61,792 nucleotides of DNA. It comes from Alphaproteobacteria bacterium (GTDB taxonomy: Bacteria; Pseudomonadota; Alphaproteobacteria; SMXQ01). The notes beneath the pieces were generated by a model. The model had not been told where the DNA came from. It saw only the letters and a list, made by a program, of their open reading frames with translations, and ran no database searches. The stretch covers positions 1 through 61,792 of the forward strand of contig SMXQ01000037.1 in assembly GCA_004356985.1 (NCBI GenBank), read 5' to 3'. Shown one piece after another: positions 1-8,235 of this stretch (position 1 is its first letter; every line of letters starts with the position of its first letter). Position numbers and translations under genes: made by a program.

Positions 1-149
1 GTGAAGCCGAACATCAGAAAAAATGGCCAAAAGGTCACATCAAACAGGTCGGCCCCCGAACAACTGAAAAAGTCGCCCGTGAGTGGGAAAAGGACAAGGG
101 CTATACCTGACTCGTTGGCCCCCGTCGCTATTCGAGCGAATCGTTTGGA

Positions 150-1097
150 TCAGCGACGGGGCCACATTTGAACTCCCCGCCGACAAGACGGGCGCATAAG
201 TGACGCAACATTTCTATCTCCCGATAACACACACAGCCCCGAGCTCCGGCTGGCCAGCCAAATCGCCGCTGCGGTCGCGCCCATGCCGTGGAAAGTCAAA
301 AGCATCGCCAGCCCTTCGGCCCCCAGGCCAAACACCTTGCCCGCGAACCCCGGCAGCAGGTCGGTGACCGGCTTGGCCACGATTCCCACCACGATCAAGA
401 TCGCCAGTTGCGTCCGGATGCCCCCGTGCCCCCTGATGTAGGCGAGCCCCTCCATGGTCTCGGCCAGCATCGAGCGCTTCTCCCGTGGTTGGGGTTCGGT
501 GGAAACCCTCATGGCCGCCAACACCATGGCATAGACCAACAAGAATGCCGCCGCCACCACGAAGGCCCAGCCGATGCCCCAGGCCACGATGACCCCCCCG
601 CCGATGGCCGGGCCGATGAAGCGCGCGCCGTTGAAGATGATCGAACCCAGGGCGAGCGCCGGGGCCATGAGATCGCGGCCGACCAGGGGATAGATCAGCG
701 CCATGCGCGAGGGCCGGTTGAAGGCCAGCAGACAGCCGCGAAAAATGGTCATGAAAAACAGCAGCCAGATAGTCATCACCCCGGCCAGGGTGAGCACCGC
801 CAGGGTCGCGGCGAAGGCACACGACAGCGCCTGGGTGACCCGCATCAGCTTGAAGTAGTCGATGCGGTCCACCACGGTTCCGGCGATCAGCGCCAGGACC
901 AGGGTCGGCGCCGTTTCCGCCATGGCAATGCCGCCAAGCCAGGCGGTGGATTCGGTCATTTGCCAGGCCAGCCAGCCCATGCCCACGCGCAGGGTCCAGA
1001 CGCCGAGGCCGTGGGAGATACTGCCGATCACGTACAGCCGGTAATCCCTGATTTGGAGGCAACGCCGAAGCGATTCGAATCCGCCGGGAATCTTCAT
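150..1097 (-). pseudogene. MFS transporter (EntS / 'transmembrane secretion effector' type), apparently 3'-truncated
   Basis: 315 aa with about 8 hydrophobic helices, where the in-window paralog (35640..36914) has about 12. The last ~32 aa (RSSGLCVLSGDRNVASLMRPSCRRGVQMWPRR) are non-membrane and their GC3 falls to roughly half, against >85% in the body. The stop codon lies inside a hairpin at 120-161. Confidence 0.55.
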
Positions 1098-1145
1098 CGC
1101 TGGAAGGGGGTCCTGAGAGGAGCCGACATCGGGCGCCGGGGCCGG

Positions 1146-1877
1146 TCAGCCGTTGGGGAGGGCGGGAAGGGTGGCAAGCAGGCGGCCATAGCCGCGCTGG
1201 GGTTTCTCGATGCCCAGGCGCTTCTGGATCTCCCAGCACCGCGCCGCCACGGGATGGATCACCGGCACGCCGAGGGTCTGTTCCAGGTCCTCGACGATGT
1301 CGAGCACGCGCCATTTGCTGCCCTGGATATAGATTCCCTGGGCCGAGGGATGGCGCCCGTGGAGCTCGACGATCAGTTGGCTGACCCGGGCCGAGGACAG
1401 GTCGTTGATGTCCTCCCAGGGGATTCCCCGGGGCCGGTCGAGATCCATGACATCGAAGCCGGCGTCGCGGAAATACCGGGCGACGATTCCCATGTCCTCG
1501 AAATCGTACCCGACGCCGACGAAACGCTCGATCCCAAGGGCCCGGAGGGCATTCACCTGGGACATGGCGGAGGTAAAGACGGGAATGCCATGGGCGGCTT
1601 CCCACCGGGCGACGGTCTCGCGCTCGCCGGCCAAGCCCAGCAACATGAACGGCGGCGTTCCCTCGGGATGGATGAGGCCGACGCCCGCCTCGGCATGTTG
1701 GCGGACGGCCTCTTCGTATCCGGCCATGATTTCGGTGAATTCCTCCAGCGTGCCGTGGCGGACATCGAAATGACGGACCAAGGTCGCGATGCCGTCGGGC
1801 AGCAACCTCTCCAGATCGGCATGGGATCCTGAATTCCTGGTGGGCTTGATGCATCCCACGGTGGCTGATTTGGGCAT
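1146..1877 (-). CDS. Asp/Glu/hydantoin racemase superfamily protein (maleate isomerase / arylmalonate decarboxylase-like)
   Basis: 243 aa. The overall pattern (GVGLIHPEG..., FVGVGYDFEDMG..., IYIQGSKW) resembles the maleate cis-trans isomerase family. The usual catalytic Cys pair is not evident. Confidence 0.55.
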   Translation of the reverse strand: MPKSATVGCIKPTRNSGSHADLERLLPDGIATLVRHFDVRHGTLEEFTEIMAGYEEAVRQHAEAGVGLIHPEGTPPFMLLGLAGERETVARWEAAHGIPVFTSAMSQVNALRALGIERFVGVGYDFEDMGIVARYFRDAGFDVMDLDRPRGIPWEDINDLSSARVSQLIVELHGRHPSAQGIYIQGSKWRVLDIVEDLEQTLGVPVIHPVAARCWEIQKRLGIEKPQRGYGRLLATLPALPNG

Positions 1878-2110
1878 GCGGGCGTTCCCCTGAAGCTTGT
1901 TTTTCCCGCCTCGGCCGAGAGTCCTGCCGCGCGGCGACTTGGCGCCAGGATTTCATGGGAAGCGGTCGGTCGCGCCATTCCTCCGCTGAACCGATGCGCC
2001 AGGGTATCGCATTTCGGCGCTTGCCTAGCCGCTTTTGTCCAAGCCGGTCTATACTCAGGTGAAGCGTCGATGGTTTGAGAACCGGGATCAGAGAACCGAG
2101 GGGACACAAC

Positions 2111-2548
2111 ATGGAGCGGATCGACTACCGCAGGGCCGCCCCCGGCGGGTACGAATTATTGGGCAAGCTTTCGGCCTATAGCCGTCAATGCGGCCTCGAG
2201 CACAACTTGCTGGAATTGGTGAAGTTGCGTGCGTCGCAAATCAACGGCTGTGCGCATTGCGTGAATTTGCACGCGGGGACATTGCGCAAAGACGGCGAAA
2301 CCGAGGAACGCATCCAAAACGTCGTGGTGTGGGCTGAGGCGACATGTTTCAGTGAACGTGAGCTGGCCGCCCTCGCCTGGACCGAGGCGGTGACGCTGAT
2401 CGCCGAGAGCCGCGTGCCCGATGACGTCTTTGAGCGTGCCCATGCCCAGTTCGACGAAAAGGAGCTGGTCGATCTCACGGTGGCGATCTGCACCATCAAC
2501 GCCCATAACCGGCTCGCCGTGGCGTTTCGCAGGACACCGGGAAACTAG
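2111..2548 (+). CDS. Carboxymuconolactone decarboxylase (AhpD-like) family protein with CxxC
   Basis: MERIDY start follows a GAGGGGA Shine-Dalgarno (SD) sequence. The AhpD-type motif INGCAHCVNLH is present. Length about 145 aa. Confidence 0.8.
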   Translation: MERIDYRRAAPGGYELLGKLSAYSRQCGLEHNLLELVKLRASQINGCAHCVNLHAGTLRKDGETEERIQNVVVWAEATCFSERELAALAWTEAVTLIAESRVPDDVFERAHAQFDEKELVDLTVAICTINAHNRLAVAFRRTPGN

Positions 2549-2562
2549 TGCACTATCCCCCT

Positions 2563-2661
2563 CAAGGGAAAAAGCCCCCCAAGGGAAAATGATAGTCCCC
2601 GGACCGGCGCCCAACGGCGATACTGGCATTGACCCGGCGCCCAAGGGCGCCACCGGCATTG
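2563..2661. repeat. Two sets of short direct repeats filling the intergenic leader
   Basis: CAAGGGAAAA occurs at 2563-2572 and 2580-2589. The 28-nt unit CCGGCGCCCAA(C/G)GGCG..AC.GGCATTG occurs at 2604-2631 and 2634-2661 with 24/28 identical by hand count. GCGCCCAA recurs at 2694 and 2704. Confidence 0.7.
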
Positions 2662-2673
2662 GGAGGAATCGAC

Positions 2674-3882
2674 ATGGCCGAGCAAAGGCAAAAGCGCCCA
2701 ACGGCGCCCAAGGGAAGAATGACCAGTATCGAAATTGACGGGCGCGCGATTGACGCTTACGCCGCGGTTCATCACTCGGGAAGCGGGCCGGGCGTGCTGC
2801 TGCTGGCCGACGAGCAAGGGTTGGATTCAGGCATGCGGGTGCGCGCCGACTTGCTGGGCGAGGAAGGATACTCGGTGCTGGCGCTGGGGTGCGGGCTTTC
2901 GGTCGCCGAAATCGCCGGGGCGGCGAAGGCCTTGGGCGAACGGCCTGAAACCGAAGGTGCCAACGGCGCCATGGGCCAAGCCGGCATCGCCGCCATCGGC
3001 CATGGCGCCGGCGGGGTGCTGGCCTGCCGCGCGGCGCGCGACGCCGGGTTCCGGGCGATCGTCGCGTTCGACGCCCCGGCCCTCGCCGATCAGCCGGAGT
3101 TGCTGGCGGCCATCCCTTGCCCCTATGTGTTGCAGTTCGGGACCGCCGCCGCGCCGGTCGCGGCGGCGGCGGCGGACCGGTTGGCTGCGGCGCTCGACCG
3201 CAAGGATGGTTCACGGGTCTATCAGTGGCCCGAAGCCGGGCCCGGTTTCGCCATCCCCGGGCGCGAGAGCTTCCACAAGCTGGCCGACAGCCTGGCGCAC
3301 ACCCGGACCTTGGAACTGGTGCGCCGGGTGCTCGGGCCCTATTACGACTTCGTCGCCCTGTTCGCCGCCCATGCCTATCACGAGTTCACCACCCGCGACG
3401 TCGATGCCGCCATGGCCACCATGATCGACGAACCTTACGTCAACCACGTCCCGACCCTGGCGGGCGGCGTCGGCCACGACATGCTCAAGCGGTTCTACAA
3501 GTATCATTTCGTCGACCAGAACGCGGGTGGCCGCGACCGCACCCGGGTCTCCTATACCCTGGGCGCCGACCGGCTGGTGGTGGAAAGCTACACCAAGTTC
3601 CGCCACGATTCGGTCATCGACCGCTATTTCCCGGGCATCGAGCCGACCGGCAAGGTGGTCGAGATCGCCACGGTGATCATCGTCAAGTTCCGCGGCGACA
3701 AGGTCTGCCACGAGCACCTCTACTGGGATCAGGGATCGGCCCTGAAGCAGATCGGCGTGCTGGACGCCCAGGGGCTGCCCCTGGCCGGCGCCGAAGCGGC
3801 GCGCAAGGTTCTCGACGAAACCCAGCCGTCGAACATCTTCATGCAAGAGGCCTGGGCCACCAGCGAAGGCAAGCCCATCTGA
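2674..3882 (+). CDS. Dienelactone hydrolase-like domain fused to an NTF2/SnoaL-like domain
   Basis: MAEQRQ start follows a GGGAGGA SD. The N-terminal half shows the DLH pattern (GPGVLLLADEQGL...). The C-terminal ~170 aa are SnoaL/NTF2-like (YHEFTTRDVDAAMATM...VVEIATVIIVKFRGDKVCHEHLYWDQ). Confidence 0.65.
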   Translation: MAEQRQKRPTAPKGRMTSIEIDGRAIDAYAAVHHSGSGPGVLLLADEQGLDSGMRVRADLLGEEGYSVLALGCGLSVAEIAGAAKALGERPETEGANGAMGQAGIAAIGHGAGGVLACRAARDAGFRAIVAFDAPALADQPELLAAIPCPYVLQFGTAAAPVAAAAADRLAAALDRKDGSRVYQWPEAGPGFAIPGRESFHKLADSLAHTRTLELVRRVLGPYYDFVALFAAHAYHEFTTRDVDAAMATMIDEPYVNHVPTLAGGVGHDMLKRFYKYHFVDQNAGGRDRTRVSYTLGADRLVVESYTKFRHDSVIDRYFPGIEPTGKVVEIATVIIVKFRGDKVCHEHLYWDQGSALKQIGVLDAQGLPLAGAEAARKVLDETQPSNIFMQEAWATSEGKPI

Positions 3883-3968
3883 GGGCCTGCCCGCGAAGGC
3901 CCGCCAACGCCGGCCCCGCCGGCGCGGCGCACGCGGCCGATAACGCCATGGGCAGGGTTGACGGACCC

Positions 3969-4283
3969 TCAGGCGTCGACGATATCGGCGATCCAAGTCA
4001 TCGCCGCGGCCGCCTTGGCCAATCCCATGGATGGAATGGCCAACAGCGCCACGTGGAGAACCTCGTCTTTGGCGAGGCCTTCGCCGAGGGCCCGGCGGGT
4101 GTGCGAATGGACGGCGCCCTCGCTCTCCTGGCCGATGGCGACGGCGAGCTTGACGAGACGGCGGGTGCGCGCATCCAGCGGCCCGGCCTCGGCGCAAGCC
4201 GCGCCCAGGTGTTGGTAGGCGGTCCAAACGGGGGGATGGTCCTCGGCGAGCCTGGCGGCGCCGGAAGGAAGTGTCTCAGCCAT
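3969..4283 (-). CDS. Carboxymuconolactone decarboxylase family protein (no CxxC)
   Basis: 104 aa. The CMD core is RTRRLVKLAVAIGQESEGAVHSHTRRALGEGLAKDEVLHVALLA, with the Cys positions replaced. Confidence 0.7.
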   Translation of the reverse strand: MAETLPSGAARLAEDHPPVWTAYQHLGAACAEAGPLDARTRRLVKLAVAIGQESEGAVHSHTRRALGEGLAKDEVLHVALLAIPSMGLAKAAAAMTWIADIVDA

Positions 4284-4405
4284 GGCGGTTCCAATCTGCG
4301 TCCCGCTGGGGACGCCAAGGGTGCGGTCTAGCGGAAGTGGAACCGTATCACCGCCCCGTCACCCTGTTCAATGGCCCCCGCGCGGCACGCGGGCAACCCC
4401 CGCCC

Positions 4406-5215
4406 TTACCAATCGTTGCGCAGGGTGCGGAGACCAAGGAACACGTCCTTGGGAGCGGGATCGTCGGGGAAGTCGGGGATGGCCTCGCGCAGCCGGGCGA
4501 TCACCGTCGGGCTTTGCAGGCGAAAGAAGGTGTTGATCTGTTTCTCCAAGCCCAGGGTGGTGACCATGGCGTCATGGGGGTCCTGGTCCTTGAGTTGCTC
4601 CGCCAGGGCAAGGGCGGTGGCGTTGTCGGGCTCGCGGTCCAGGGTAAAGCCCAGGTTGTTGGAGATGTAGTCGTGGCCGGGGTAGATCAGGGTCTCGTCG
4701 GGCAGCTTAGCCAGCTGTTCGGCGAAGGTGTGATAGAGGTGCTCGGGATGGCCGCCGCCGCGGCAATGGCCGGCGCCCGCGTTGAACAGGGTATCGCCGC
4801 AGATCAGCGCCGGGCTCTCGCCATGGGCCAGCAGGCAGACATGGGACATAGTGTGGCCCGGCGTGTCCAGCACCTCGAGCTCGACGCTGCGGCCCACCTT
4901 GACCACGTCTCCGGCGCCCAGGCCCACGTCCATGTCCGCTATCTGCTCCTTGGCGCCGGCGTGGGCCAAAAGCCTGGCGCCGGTGGCCTTGATCACGGCG
5001 TCGTTGCCGCCGGTGTGATCGCGGTGGTGATGGGTGTTGAGCACCTGGGTGATCTCCCAGCCCTTGTCCTTGGCGGCATCGAGGCACATCTGGGATTCCA
5101 GTGGATCGATGGCCAGCGCTTCGCCGGTCTCGTCGCAAGCGATGAGATAGTTGAAGTTGCGGTACGCGTTATCGGTATAGATCTTCTCGACGATCACGGC
5201 ATCTTTCCTCATCAC
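4406..5215 (-). CDS. gloB: Hydroxyacylglutathione hydrolase-like MBL-fold hydrolase
   Basis: Contains THHHRDHTGG (HxHxDH), DTPGHT and GDTLF. The C-terminal substrate-binding region TLGLEKQINTFFRL is typical of glyoxalase II. Confidence 0.7.
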   Translation of the reverse strand: MMRKDAVIVEKIYTDNAYRNFNYLIACDETGEALAIDPLESQMCLDAAKDKGWEITQVLNTHHHRDHTGGNDAVIKATGARLLAHAGAKEQIADMDVGLGAGDVVKVGRSVELEVLDTPGHTMSHVCLLAHGESPALICGDTLFNAGAGHCRGGGHPEHLYHTFAEQLAKLPDETLIYPGHDYISNNLGFTLDREPDNATALALAEQLKDQDPHDAMVTTLGLEKQINTFFRLQSPTVIARLREAIPDFPDDPAPKDVFLGLRTLRNDW

Positions 5216-5352
5216 CCGCCCATGAGCTCACGCCCCCCGGCGCCCTGGATAACCTGTGAAGGCCACCGCCACTTAGGATTATATCCGGTTTTCGGTGAAC
5301 GGCGGAACTTAGGTTGCCAAGCCCGATACCCCGCGGCGCAGGCCGACCACGG

Positions 5353-5901
5353 TTAAGCCTTGATCCGCGAGGCCGCGTCCGCCGGCGGTTCGGCGCCGGC
5401 GACATTGGCCATCATCGCGGTCGCCGAGAAATGGCCGATCACGCCGACCACGTCGGCCATGCGGCGATAGCCTATGGCCGATGCGGCGGCCTTGAATCCG
5501 TCGGCCCCGAGCGTCCCCGTCTCAAGAAGCTCGCGGGCGACCGCATGTACCGTCTGGTCGGCGCTGTCGGTGAATTCCGGTTGCGCGCCGGCGTTGATGG
5601 CCTCGATCACCGGCCGGTCGAGCCCGGCGCGGGCTGCCGAAGCGGCTTGGGCGCTCCACGGATAGGCCGCGTTCCAGTGGCGCACCGTCATCAGCGACAC
5701 GATGCGGACCTGCTCCGGGCTCAAGGCGCAGTTCGCATGATGCGCGCTCGCCGCGTCGTGGTTCCGCCACAACCCCGGCGAATAGGCAAAGCCGATCGAC
5801 GGCCCTTTGCCGACCCGCCCCGACGACGCCAGGATAGCGTCGTGGACGCTTTGCTGCTCGGTATCCATCTGGTCTCGTTTCAGCACCGGTATTCTCGACA
5901 T
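5353..5901 (-). CDS. Carboxymuconolactone decarboxylase family protein (no CxxC)
   Basis: CMD-like two-repeat helical pattern (QVRIVSLMTVRHWNAAYPWSAQ...). Start taken at MSRIPVLKRD. Confidence 0.6.
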   Translation of the reverse strand: MSRIPVLKRDQMDTEQQSVHDAILASSGRVGKGPSIGFAYSPGLWRNHDAASAHHANCALSPEQVRIVSLMTVRHWNAAYPWSAQAASAARAGLDRPVIEAINAGAQPEFTDSADQTVHAVARELLETGTLGADGFKAAASAIGYRRMADVVGVIGHFSATAMMANVAGAEPPADAASRIKA

Positions 5902-6051
5902 TTTTCCACTCCCCATTCCATTCCCGACCCGCGTCAGGGGCGAAAGTCTATGCAAAAGCCAAAGCCGAGTCCATGGGGGCGCCCTGTCCGCCCATGCGCC
6001 GTGGAATCAGGGGCGGGTCCGAGGGCCGGTTGGAACCGGGCGAAGGCCCTT

Positions 6052-6510
6052 CTAGCCGATTTCCCACAGCGGTTTGTGGTCGAGCTGCTCGGCCTTCTCG
6101 ATCCGAACGAGGACCGCGCGGCCCTTCTTCTCCGGGTCACGTTCGCGCTCGTGCGCGATCATGCCGTTCCACACTTTTTCCCGCACGTCGTCATCTTCGG
6201 CGTGGACCTCGGCAATGCCATAGAAGCGCGCCACCCCGCCAGCCGGCAAAAGTCCTTTGCCCCCTCCGCCGATGGCGCCATTGCGGAAAAAGATGGTGAC
6301 TTTGGCGCCGGTTTGCACGGCGTCGTGGGTGGTCCCGGAGCCACGGTCCCAATACCCCAAGGTATCCTGGTCATAGACATGCACGCTGCCCCGCGGCGAG
6401 ACCTGGCAATAGCCGTCCGGCTGGCTGGTCGCCACAAGGCAGACATTGTCCGGATACGCGTCCAGGATGTGCCGGTTGAGAACTTCCGGAATCTTGCCCA
6501 TTTCGACCAT
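6052..6510 (-). CDS. Pyridoxamine 5'-phosphate oxidase family (FMN-binding split barrel) protein
   Basis: 152 aa with the pattern VCLVATSQPDGYCQVSPRGSV...VTIFF...GVARFYG. Confidence 0.65.
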   Translation of the reverse strand: MVEMGKIPEVLNRHILDAYPDNVCLVATSQPDGYCQVSPRGSVHVYDQDTLGYWDRGSGTTHDAVQTGAKVTIFFRNGAIGGGGKGLLPAGGVARFYGIAEVHAEDDDVREKVWNGMIAHERERDPEKKGRAVLVRIEKAEQLDHKPLWEIG

Positions 6511-6837
6511 CTTCCCTTCCGATGAGCCTTGGGACTCCGCCCTTGGCTATTTCCACACACCGGCGACGGTACCAACATTGGTTATCGATAGAAAGCGTGC
6601 GCCTGCGATGCCAATCGCGGAATACAGGCCGGGGGCTCGGCAAGTCAGAGACCCGGTCCGCCATAGGGAGGCTGATGTCCGCTTCTACGAGGGGACTTCT
6701 ATCCGGCAGCTTCTATCCGGCTTGTCACGATGCAGCGTGCATGGGCCATCACGGGACAGGGATGGGAATAATCATTGGGGCGGCAAACCGGCCAAGGGCC
6801 CGGGCCAACAAGAACGCCGGCTTGGCCCTCCGCGCGC

Positions 6838-8115
6838 CTAGCGGTCCCAGTCGCAAATGGTGGCGGCGGCGAGCGCGAAAACCTGGGCGGCGCGGAAGAT
6901 TTCCTCGATCTCGACCTGCTCGGAGCGAATCTTCCAGCGCTCCCCGCGCGGGCCGAATTTGCACGCCGGGATGCCCATCTCGTTGTAGATGTTGGTATCG
7001 GTCCAGATGCTCGACCGCCCCGGCGTGACCGCCGGCGTCGGTTCGCCATAGAGCCTCCGGTGGGTTTCTTCCAACACCTCGGCCACCGGCTCGACGCCGA
7101 CGGCCTCATGGCCGAGCAAGGATCCGTACATCTCCAACGCGGTCTCGAATTCCAGCCCGGCCAACACCGCGCGCAGTTGCCTTTGCACCTCCATGGGGGT
7201 GGTTTTCGGCGGCATCCGCACATCGACGTAAAGATCGCACACCCCGGGATAATAATTGGGCCGGTACGGCGCGCCGCCGCGGATGGCGCCGATGTTGACC
7301 TTGGAGAGGATCGGCCCGTTGGCCGAGGTGTAGACCATCTTTTGTTCGAATTCCTCGGCCCAATGGTCCACCGCGGCGACCACCTCCACCATCTTCAAAA
7401 CCGCGTTGGACTCCCGCGGTGGGGAATCGGCGCGGGTCTTTCCCCAGGCCGAACGCGGGTTGCCGAAGGTCGATATCTTGAACTGGGCAACCCCGGTCTG
7501 GGCCCAGATGATCGACAAGGCCGAGCCGTCGGCGACGATGGCGAAATCCGACTGCACCCCGTGGGTCAGCAGGTGCCGGGTGCCGGTTCCCTCGCCGCGG
7601 TAATCCTCGGACTGGTAGGGGCCGATGGGGGTGCGCGAAATCTCGCCGGCCACCGCGGCAAGGATGAGATCCCCTTTCAACCGGGCGCCGCAGCGCTGGA
7701 TCGCCTTGCCCGCCACCATGAAGGCGGCAAGCCCGCATTTCATGTTGGAGGCGCCGAGGCCGAACACCTTGCCGCCATGGATGACGCCGCGGAGGTCCTC
7801 CACCGGTTCCAACTCCCGGCACAGGACCAGGTCTTCGTCGGTGCCGGTGAAGGAAGTATCCATGTGGCCGTTGATCATCAGCGCGGTGCCGCCGCCGGTG
7901 CCCCCGACGATGCCGACGGCATTGATGCGGTCGGCGCCGACCTCCTGGGTAATGGTCTTGAGACCATGGCCCTTGAACCAATCGAGGATGAATTCGCCGA
8001 TGGCGCGCTCATGGCCGGTGGGGCTCGGGATGTCGACCAGGTCCTTGGTCAGCACCGCCAGCTCGTCCCGGTTGATGTGTTGAAGAATTTCCTGGCTCAA
8101 ATCGTCGGAAACCAT
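6838..8115 (-). CDS. M20 family metallopeptidase (ArgE/DapE/CPG2-like)
   Basis: 425 aa with the pattern LVDIPSPTGHE...INGHMDT...GASNMKCG. Confidence 0.8.
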   Translation of the reverse strand: MVSDDLSQEILQHINRDELAVLTKDLVDIPSPTGHERAIGEFILDWFKGHGLKTITQEVGADRINAVGIVGGTGGGTALMINGHMDTSFTGTDEDLVLCRELEPVEDLRGVIHGGKVFGLGASNMKCGLAAFMVAGKAIQRCGARLKGDLILAAVAGEISRTPIGPYQSEDYRGEGTGTRHLLTHGVQSDFAIVADGSALSIIWAQTGVAQFKISTFGNPRSAWGKTRADSPPRESNAVLKMVEVVAAVDHWAEEFEQKMVYTSANGPILSKVNIGAIRGGAPYRPNYYPGVCDLYVDVRMPPKTTPMEVQRQLRAVLAGLEFETALEMYGSLLGHEAVGVEPVAEVLEETHRRLYGEPTPAVTPGRSSIWTDTNIYNEMGIPACKFGPRGERWKIRSEQVEIEEIFRAAQVFALAAATICDWDR

Positions 8116-8235
8116 GAATGCCCCCTGTTTTTCTCAAGTTCGGCGTCGGCCCATGCCGCTTGCCGCCATTGTATAAGAAAACTGCGGTGCCATGGGACGG
8201 CCATTACCGGCGCCCCCGTGCCATTTGCCGCCCTT

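Noticed and set aside
214-2112. 632-aa minus-strand ORF, the 514-aa plus-strand ORF 288..1832, and similar long ORFs (27340..29745, 18775..20406, 35619..37010, 59545..61521, 39186..40622, 44016..44999, etc.)
   Set aside because: All overlap, out of frame or antisense, genes with clear family signatures. They have Arg/Pro/Gly-rich composition and no recognisable motifs. They are stop-codon-poor artefacts of ~65% GC DNA.
6696-6721. Perfect 12-nt direct repeat CTTCTATCCGGC x2 (2-nt spacer) between the PNPOx and M20 genes
   Set aside because: It is a single short duplication with no further copies or symmetry, most simply slippage debris. Noted but not interpretable.
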